Part shown: positions 1 to 4,338 of the stretch, in pieces
Layout: every line of letters begins with the position of its first letter
Position numbering within the stretch: position 1 is the first letter of the stretch
Made by a program: the position numbers and the translations under genes
DNA from: a virus
Lineage: Duplodnaviria > Heunggongvirae > Uroviricota > Caudoviricetes
DNA: 4,338 bases
IMG/VR virus record: IMGVR_UViG_2713896773_000008
Span: 1-4,338 of that record
Strand: one strand, 5' to 3'
Notes under the pieces: generated by a model
The model's database searches: none
Told to the model about the DNA's origin: nothing
The model's input: only the letters and a program-made list of their open reading frames with translations

Positions 1-414
1 CTGCATCAGGCTGTTTTTTGTTTCTTCCGCCTCCCGGATCCGGAACAGTTTTTCTGCTTCCGTATCCTTCACCCAGGCTGTGCCGTTCCACTTCTGAAAC
101 TCCCCTTCCGGGGATAACCAGGTGATATTTTCCGGTAGAGGTCCGAGTTCAGAAATAAATAACGAGTCGCCGGAAGCCACGTCATAGACGTTTTTTCCCC
201 GATGATCTTCAACGAGATGCCACGATGCCTCATCACTGTTGAAAACAGCCACGAAGCCTGCCGGAATATCTGGCGGTGCAATATAGGTACTGTTTGCTGG
301 CAGACCTGTATGAGGCGGAATATATGCGTCACCTTCACCAATAAATTCATTAGTTCCGGCCAGCAGATTATAAATTTTTATGGTCCGTGGTTGTTCACTC
401 ATTCTGAATGCCAT
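1..414 (-). CDS. tfa: Tail fiber assembly protein (Tfa chaperone), first 138 codons; 3' end runs off the window start
   Basis: Hand translation of the minus strand from the ATG at 414..412 gives [138 protein letters not shown] with no stop before position 1. I recognise this as near-identical to lambda/E. coli prophage Tfa from memory. GAGG at 423..426 sits 8 nt upstream of the ATG, and the ATG overlaps the stf stop (TAATG, 412..416). It is absent from the ORF track only because its stop codon lies outside the window. Confidence 0.9.
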   Translation of the reverse strand, partial: MAFRMSEQPRTIKIYNLLAGTNEFIGEGDAYIPPHTGLPANSTYIAPPDIPAGFVAVFNSDEASWHLVEDHRGKNVYDVASGDSLFISELGPLPENITWLSPEGEFQKWNGTAWVKDTEAEKLFRIREAEETKNSLMQ

Positions 415-3275
415 TATGCAAGCCTCACAATGTAGTTAAATGCGATGTTTTTGACGGTGTTTTCCGCGTTACCAGCAGCGTTAACGGTGATGGTGTGTCC
501 ATGTGAGCCAATCGCAACGGAGTGCGTATGAGCACCAATACCGACAGTATGTGCATGTGCGCCTGCGCTTGCAGCAGTGCCGGACAGCGAGTGGGTATGA
601 GCACCATCTGATGATGTCTTCCCTGCATTACGAGTCTGGCCACTACCGCTTGTTGTGCTCATAATCCCCGCGCTTAGATTTGAAATCGCGGTATAACCAT
701 TAGGGAAAATGCTCGTGTTCGTGCCACCAAATGCACCGGAACTCTTGTGTTGGTGCGCACCGGCACTATTTGCGGTCCCGCTAATACTATGGGTATGCGC
801 CCCGGTGTTATTCGTGGATTTGGTTCCGTAATCAAACGACGATGTGGTTTTCGTCCCCAAATCCGTACTGGATGCGCTGGCGCTGTGGGTGTGCGATTTA
901 ATGCCGTCCTGTTCCTGAGACAATACGGCCCGACCACTGGCAGGTTTGCCCTTAATCGTCCAGCCACGCATATCAGGGATCACGCCTGACGGATAAGCGG
1001 CTGCAAGTTTCGGGTAAGCAGATTTGTCAAAAGTCTGCCCCTGCATCAGGGCATAACCAGACGGAACGGTATCTGATGGCCACGGGATTGGTGCGCCGAC
1101 TGGGTAGCTTTCTGGTGGAAGATTTTTCGAGGTATAAACTTCTGCCCAGCCTTCCTCAAAACCATAACCGTCTCTTGAAGAACGGTAGAACAGACCACCA
1201 TTTCTGTAATGCGCCTTCATCTGCAGGGTCCGGCAACTTCCGACTCCGGTATAGAAGTTAACCAGAATATAGCTGTCGCCAGAGCGGGTGACATTGTAAG
1301 CGCCTGATTCGGCATTCCAGGGAACGCCACCATCCGCATCGGCATATGTATCCGTTGCCCTTCTGGCAAAAGCAGCCACATGCGCGGCGGTTAAAGTAAT
1401 ATCTTTGGAACCATCAAATGGAACACCGGATATTTTTCTTGCAGTCTGGAGTTTTGTAGCAGTTGCAGCATTACCAGTGGTGTTCTGATTACCCGTAGTG
1501 TTTACACCTGGAAGGTTAATATTTGCAGAACCGTCGAAAACAACTCCACCGATAGATCTTGCCGTCTGCAATTTCGTGGCTGTACTTGCATTACCATTCA
1601 ATGAACCAGTTAATCCACCTGTAACAGACAACGGACCTGAAACTGTTCCTCCGGTTGTTGGCAGTGCTCCAATATCTGATGGTGTAGGTTTCTGATGTGA
1701 GCTATACATCGTATAAACAACACCATAGGTAACGCTGGAAGGCTTACTCGCTGAATATGTTGGCGAGGTATAAACAGAAACTGACGCATTTGCAGTACAA
1801 TCCCAATGGATATTTACACTCGTCGCATAATTGCCAATCTCAACGTAAATATCATATGTATCGCCGGATGTGTTGATCCAGGCGAAATTCGTTAATCCGA
1901 CGGCTGTACGCTTCCACAAAGCCCCGGTAATTCCTTTGGGGTTTCCATTGCCTGCTCGTAGAACCAGTTCTGAAATGCCTGCCTGATGTGGGGAACCGAC
2001 GTTGTAACCAGCGCCACCAATCAATGCGATGTAAACGATGGAACTCGCTTGTGGCATGGTAACCGTAGCCAGTTTGAACCACCCAGCCCCGCCAGAGAAA
2101 GACATCGTTACTGAATTTAAAGTACCAATATCTTTCGGCGTTAATGTTATATCCGCAGTCAGTGCTTTTCCGTTAACTTTTCGGTTAGATGGCACCCTGC
2201 TATTCGCATTGTCATTGGCTGCTTTAACTGCTTTTGGCGTTGCGGCCAGCGATTCACTGGTGCTATCAACAGCACTGCTAAGTTTCACAACACCTTTAGT
2301 TGTAAGGCTTGCGTCTTCCATCGCAACTGCACCGGCAATCTCTTCAGCACGATCAGCAGCAGCTTCCGCACGGGTCGCAGCGGATTCAGCAGTAGTTTTG
2401 CTCTGAGATGCCGCCGTCGCACTGCCAGCTGCCTCTGTCGCCTTCGTGGATGCTGTCGTGGCGCTGCCTTTCGCTGCTGATGCCTGTCTGCTCGCCTCAT
2501 CTTTTGAAGCAGACGCAGATGATGCCGATGACGCCGCCGAACTGGCGGACGATGCAGCTGCCATTTTTGAGGATTCTGCACTGGTTTCCGGGGCTTTCGC
2601 GTTCGTTTCGGATGTCTTCGCTGCGGATGCAGACCTCGCTGCTGCGCTGGCCTGTTCAGCGGCTTCGCCAGCCTTCGTTGTGGCTGTTGAAGCAGACGAT
2701 GCGGCGCTTTCTGCCGATTTTCCGGCGGCGGTGGCACTGGCTGAGGCCTGCCCGGCACTTGTTGACGCGGCACTGGCAGACGACGCAGCCGCTGTTTTTG
2801 AGCCTGCCGCAGCCGAGGCGCTCTGTCCCGCTGCCGTTTCAGAAGACCTGGCGTTTGTCTCAGACGTCTTTGCCGCCTTCGCGGAATTGCCTGCCGCCGT
2901 TGCCGAGGAAGCGGCACTACTGGCGCTTGATGATGCGTTCGTTTCTGATGATTTCGCTGCCTCTTTTGAGGCCGCCGCATCCCGGGCTGAGGTGGCTGCT
3001 TCTGACGCCTTCGTGGTCGCGGCGGATGCAGAAGTGGCTGCTGATTGTTGTGACGCTGCCGCATTCGTTTCTGACGTTTTCGCCGCACCGGCACTGGTAG
3101 CTGCCGCGCTTTTTGAGGACTCTGCAGCAGCAGCACTTTTTGCTGCTTCACGGGCCTTTGTCGATGCCGTTCCTGCGCTGGAAGACGCTGACTGAGCCGA
3201 CGACGCGGCCTGTCCGGCTGACGTGCTGGCGGCACGTGCTGAGCCTGCAGCATCGGTTAGCCGTCCTGACGGTAC
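414..3275 (-). CDS. stf: Side tail fiber protein (Stf), N-terminally truncated: 953-codon open frame with no start codon; first in-frame ATG at 2564 gives the 716-aa track ORF
   Basis: The minus frame is open from 3275 to the TAA at 414..416. It encodes an Ala/Ser-rich shaft with KTSETNA-type repeats, an ATPKAVK motif, two TATKLQTAR tail-fibre repeats and a His-rich C-terminus ending [18 protein letters not shown], all lambda Stf-like from memory. An in-frame TGA lies at 3276..3278. Codon-by-codon reading found no ATG, GTG or TTG in frame between 3275 and 2564. The sequence upstream of the ATG at 2564 (gcagaatcctcaaaaATG) has no Shine-Dalgarno. Confidence 0.85.
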   Translation of the reverse strand, partial: VPSGRLTDAAGSARAASTSAGQAASSAQSASSSAGTASTKAREAAKSAAAAESSKSAAATSAGAAKTSETNAAASQQSAATSASAATTKASEAATSARDAAASKEAAKSSETNASSSASSAASSATAAGNSAKAAKTSETNARSSETAAGQSASAAAGSKTAAASSASAASTSAGQASASATAAGKSAESAASSASTATTKAGEAAEQASAAARSASAAKTSETNAKAPETSAESSKMAAASSASSAASSASSASASKDEASRQASAAKGSATTASTKATEAAGSATAASQSKTTAESAATRAEAAADRAEEIAGAVAMEDASLTTKGVVKLSSAVDSTSESLAATPKAVKAANDNANSRVPSNRKVNGKALTADITLTPKDIGTLNSVTMSFSGGAGWFKLATVTMPQASSIVYIALIGGAGYNVGSPHQAGISELVLRAGNGNPKGITGALWKRTAVGLTNFAWINTSGDTYDIYVEIGNYATSVNIHWDCTANASVSVYTSPTYSASKPSSVTYGVVYTMYSSHQKPTPSDIGALPTTGGTVSGPLSVTGGLTGSLNGNASTATKLQTARSIGGVVFDGSANINLPGVNTTGNQNTTGNAATATKLQTARKISGVPFDGSKDITLTAAHVAAFARRATDTYADADGGVPWNAESGAYNVTRSGDSYILVNFYTGVGSCRTLQMKAHYRNGGLFYRSSRDGYGFEEGWAEVYTSKNLPPESYPVGAPIPWPSDTVPSGYALMQGQTFDKSAYPKLAAAYPSGVIPDMRGWTIKGKPASGRAVLSQEQDGIKSHTHSASASSTDLGTKTTSSFDYGTKSTNNTGAHTHSISGTANSAGAHQHKSSGAFGGTNTSIFPNGYTAISNLSAGIMSTTSGSGQTRNAGKTSSDGAHTHSLSGTAASAGAHAHTVGIGAHTHSVAIGSHGHTITVNAAGNAENTVKNIAFNYIVRLA
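432..900 (-). other. His-rich HxH tip (receptor-binding needle) domain of Stf
   Basis: Translation contains SHTHS, GAHTHS, GAHQH, GAHTHS, GAHAH, GAHTHS and GSHGHTITV motifs. Comparable HxH motifs coordinate iron in the T4 gp37 fibre tip (established knowledge); I did not model structure here. Confidence 0.7.
1400..1600 (-). repeat. Tandem duplication (120-bp period) encoding two phage tail-fibre repeat units within stf
   Basis: Plus-strand 1441..1478 (gcagtctggagttttgtagcagttgcagcattacc) and 1561..1596 (gccgtctgcaatttcgtggctgtacttgcattacc) are clearly related. They encode [23 protein letters not shown] and [23 protein letters not shown], exactly 40 residues apart. Confidence 0.7.
2599..3083 (-). 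repeat. Degenerate in-frame repeats in the Ala/Ser-rich Stf shaft (23-bp motif, four copies)
   Basis: The motif GCrTTyGTyTCnGAyGnyTTyGC occurs on the plus strand at 2599, 2851, 2935 and 3061, with offsets of 252, 84 and 126 bp (all multiples of 3). On the minus strand each encodes A-K-(T/S)-S-E-T-N-A. Confidence 0.6.
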
Positions 3276-3438
3276 TCATCCCCGCGCCAATCTGACGGGC
3301 AATGGTTTCAATTGATGGCCAGCACACACCTTCGTCATTACTGAAATCAGCCAGGCGGGCCATAATTGCCACGCTGGATAATTTCATGCCTGATGCAGCG
3401 CAACCATCCCATACATAGCCGGTTAATTTAGTGCTCAT
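3256..3438 (-). pseudogene. 5' fragment (about 58 codons) of a winged-helix HTH_36-like gene, probably a replication-initiator type, cut off at a deletion junction
   Basis: ATG at 3438..3436 with GAGG at 3445..3448 (6-nt spacer). Translation [60 protein letters not shown] has the typical HTH_36 pattern. From about 3256 the same frame degenerates ([11 protein letters not shown]...) because it is reading the stf shaft out of frame; the track ORF 3148..3438 is that read-through. Confidence 0.5.
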
Positions 3439-3607
3439 GACCGACCTCTATTTCCCTGAATTTACGACGAAACTGTTCGAGCGGACTGAAGCATTCATGC
3501 TCATAGCCTTCGCGGAGGTAGATAACCCGTTGTGTTTCCGGCTCCCAACGAATGACTCTGACGGGCACTCCGTAGTGATCTTTGAACCAGCGGTTAACTT
3601 GTCGCAA
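3428..3607 (-). CDS. Alternative-frame small ORF (59 codons from TTG) with a strong Shine-Dalgarno; either a real small gene or the true 3' half of the frameshifted gene above
   Basis: Minus frame with first base at 3607: TTG at 3607..3605, preceded by AAGGAG (3621..3616) with an 8-nt spacer. Translation [59 protein letters not shown] looks strongly protein-like. Stop TAA at 3430..3428, overlapping the HTH ORF start. The frame is closed upstream by TGA at 3637..3635. Confidence 0.25.
   Translation of the reverse strand: MRQVNRWFKDHYGVPVRVIRWEPETQRVIYLREGYEHECFSPLEQFRRKFREIEVGHEH
3445..3448 (-). promoter_or_regulatory. Shine-Dalgarno (GAGG) for the HTH-fragment ORF
   Basis: Minus-strand aaatagaggtcggtcATG: GAGG lies 6 nt upstream of the ATG at 3438. 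Confidence 0.4.
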
Positions 3608-3786
3608 AGGACTGTCTCCTTCTGCCGGTTGAAATCACCCACAGCCCACTCAGCAAAGCTGTGGGTTACAATTTCCCTGTCACCTGGTACATTAACTGCA
3701 TAGCAATACTCCACCTTCGCTTTTCCACCCGGTACAGGAAGCGCAATCAGTTGCGAGCGACGGTAGTGTGTTGTTAAACTATTCAT
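3448..3786 (-). CDS. Hypothetical early-region protein (112-aa ORF); possibly frameshifted, see alternative frame 3428..3607
   Basis: ATG at 3786..3784 overlaps the upstream stop (ATGA, 3783..3786), suggesting translational coupling. The N-terminal half ([57 protein letters not shown]) looks protein-like; the C-terminal half ([45 protein letters not shown]) is Ser-rich and less convincing. Confidence 0.45.
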   Translation of the reverse strand: MNSLTTHYRRSQLIALPVPGGKAKVEYCYAVNVPGDREIVTHSFAEWAVGDFNRQKETVLCDKLTAGSKITTECPSESFVGSRKHNGLSTSAKAMSMNASVRSNSFVVNSGK

Positions 3787-4338
3787 GCGTTAGTTTCTCC
3801 ACAGTCACGACACGCCACGGCGCCCGGAGCTGCACACTCGCGGGCGTCATTACTTTCTGAAATGCAAAAAATTTTGTAGACCAGTGCTGCATGCTCCTGC
3901 AGCTTCGAAATTGAGAGGTACAGCTCGTCGTTAATTGCTGTCTTCTCATGCGGTTCCACTACACCGTCTTCAATTGCTGAACGAATCTGTTTTGAATAAC
4001 TGCCGATCTGTTCAATGACCTCCAGCAGGCGTTGGTTGATATCGGCGTTGTCCACATCCTCGACATCAGGAAGAGACACAAAGACGCCATTTGCAGACTG
4101 CGCCACAGCGTCAGCAATGAAGTGAGTTCCACCAGCACGTTGCAAAATCATTGCCCATCCCAGCGGGAAAATCTGATCGCCATCGGCACGAAGGCGGTTA
4201 AATAATGCGTTCTCTGTTACATCCAGCCAGTCAGCAGCTTCAGCGTAACCCCCCGGCAACGCTGCGATAGTTTTTCTGACAGCTTTCACGTACCACTCAG
4301 GCTGTTTTTCTACTTTCCAGTGATGCTTACCCACGGTT
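3783..4338 (-). CDS. Prophage early regulatory protein, CII-like (resembles phage 186 CII / CP76 family); 5' end at or just beyond the window end
   Basis: Open minus frame from the window end to TGA at 3785..3783, protein-like throughout. The segment [38 protein letters not shown] resembles, from memory, 186 CII QTLRNKLNPEQPHQFTPPELWLLTDLTEDSTLVDGFLAQ. The C-terminus carries C-x9-C-x7-C-x2-C. The family assignment is my inference, not a search result. Confidence 0.55.
   Translation of the reverse strand, partial: TVGKHHWKVEKQPEWYVKAVRKTIAALPGGYAEAADWLDVTENALFNRLRADGDQIFPLGWAMILQRAGGTHFIADAVAQSANGVFVSLPDVEDVDNADINQRLLEVIEQIGSYSKQIRSAIEDGVVEPHEKTAINDELYLSISKLQEHAALVYKIFCISESNDARECAAPGAVACRDCGETNA

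Noticed and set aside
69-350. 93-aa minus ORF inside the tfa region
   Set aside because: Different frame from the verified Tfa translation, and not protein-like.
432-900. Diversity-generating retroelement target in the fibre tip
   Set aside because: No reverse transcriptase gene and no template-repeat copy of the tip sequence is visible in the window.
425-2406. Embedded ORFs 425..643 -, 674..967 -, 747..989 +, 1076..1261 +, 1498..1695 +, 1852..2082 -, 2038..2406 +
   Set aside because: All lie inside the stf coding frame in other frames or on the opposite strand, with no independent start signals noticed.
2408-3195. Plus-strand ORFs 2408..3100 and 2446..3195 (the latter Ala/Asp-rich)
   Set aside because: Antisense to the stf shaft; the composition is the mirror image of GCN/TCN codons, not an independent gene.
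2285-3253. 322-aa minus-strand ORF, extremely Arg/Pro/Gln-rich
   Set aside because: It is the out-of-frame reading of the Stf Ala/Ser shaft; the adjacent frame carries the tail-fibre homology.
3148-3255. 3' part of track ORF 3148..3438
   Set aside because: Beyond about codon 58 the HTH frame is reading the stf region out of frame ([11 protein letters not shown]...); only 3256..3438 is plausibly genuine.
414-3275. Stf remnant as the alternative C-terminal cassette of a Gin/Pin/Cin-type invertible segment
   Set aside because: Invertible segments carry only the short variable C-terminal part; here the open frame includes the long shaft. I found no gix/pix-like inverted half-sites (AAACC...GGTTT) and no serine-invertase gene upstream.
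3113-3295. 60-aa plus-strand ORF
   Set aside because: Antisense across the junction region, short, with no motifs.
3431-3703. 90-aa plus-strand ORF
   Set aside because: Antisense to the early-region small gene, where two minus frames are more protein-like and fit the operon structure.

Overview
The whole window is coded on the minus strand and reads like a deletion-scarred lambdoid prophage from an enterobacterium (E. coli-like), identified by reading the translations, not by any database search. From high to low coordinates there is an early-region block: a CII-like regulator (3783..4338, 5' end at the window edge), a small gene with two protein-like frames (3428..3786), and the first ~58 codons of a winged-helix (HTH_36-like) replication-type gene (3256..3438). 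At about 3255-3278 this runs straight into the interior of a side tail fiber gene (stf) in a different frame. The stf frame is open for 953 codons (3275..417) but has no start codon until an internal ATG at 2564 that lacks a Shine-Dalgarno, so the gene is N-terminally truncated. It is followed by a translationally coupled tail fiber assembly gene (tfa, 1..414, 3' end off-window). The gene order matches the lambdoid prophage map with everything between the replication gene and mid-stf missing. Most ORFs in the six-frame track inside stf are frame or antisense artefacts of its GC-rich Ala/Ser-coding repeats. I see no RNA genes, CRISPR arrays, transposase or integrase in the window.
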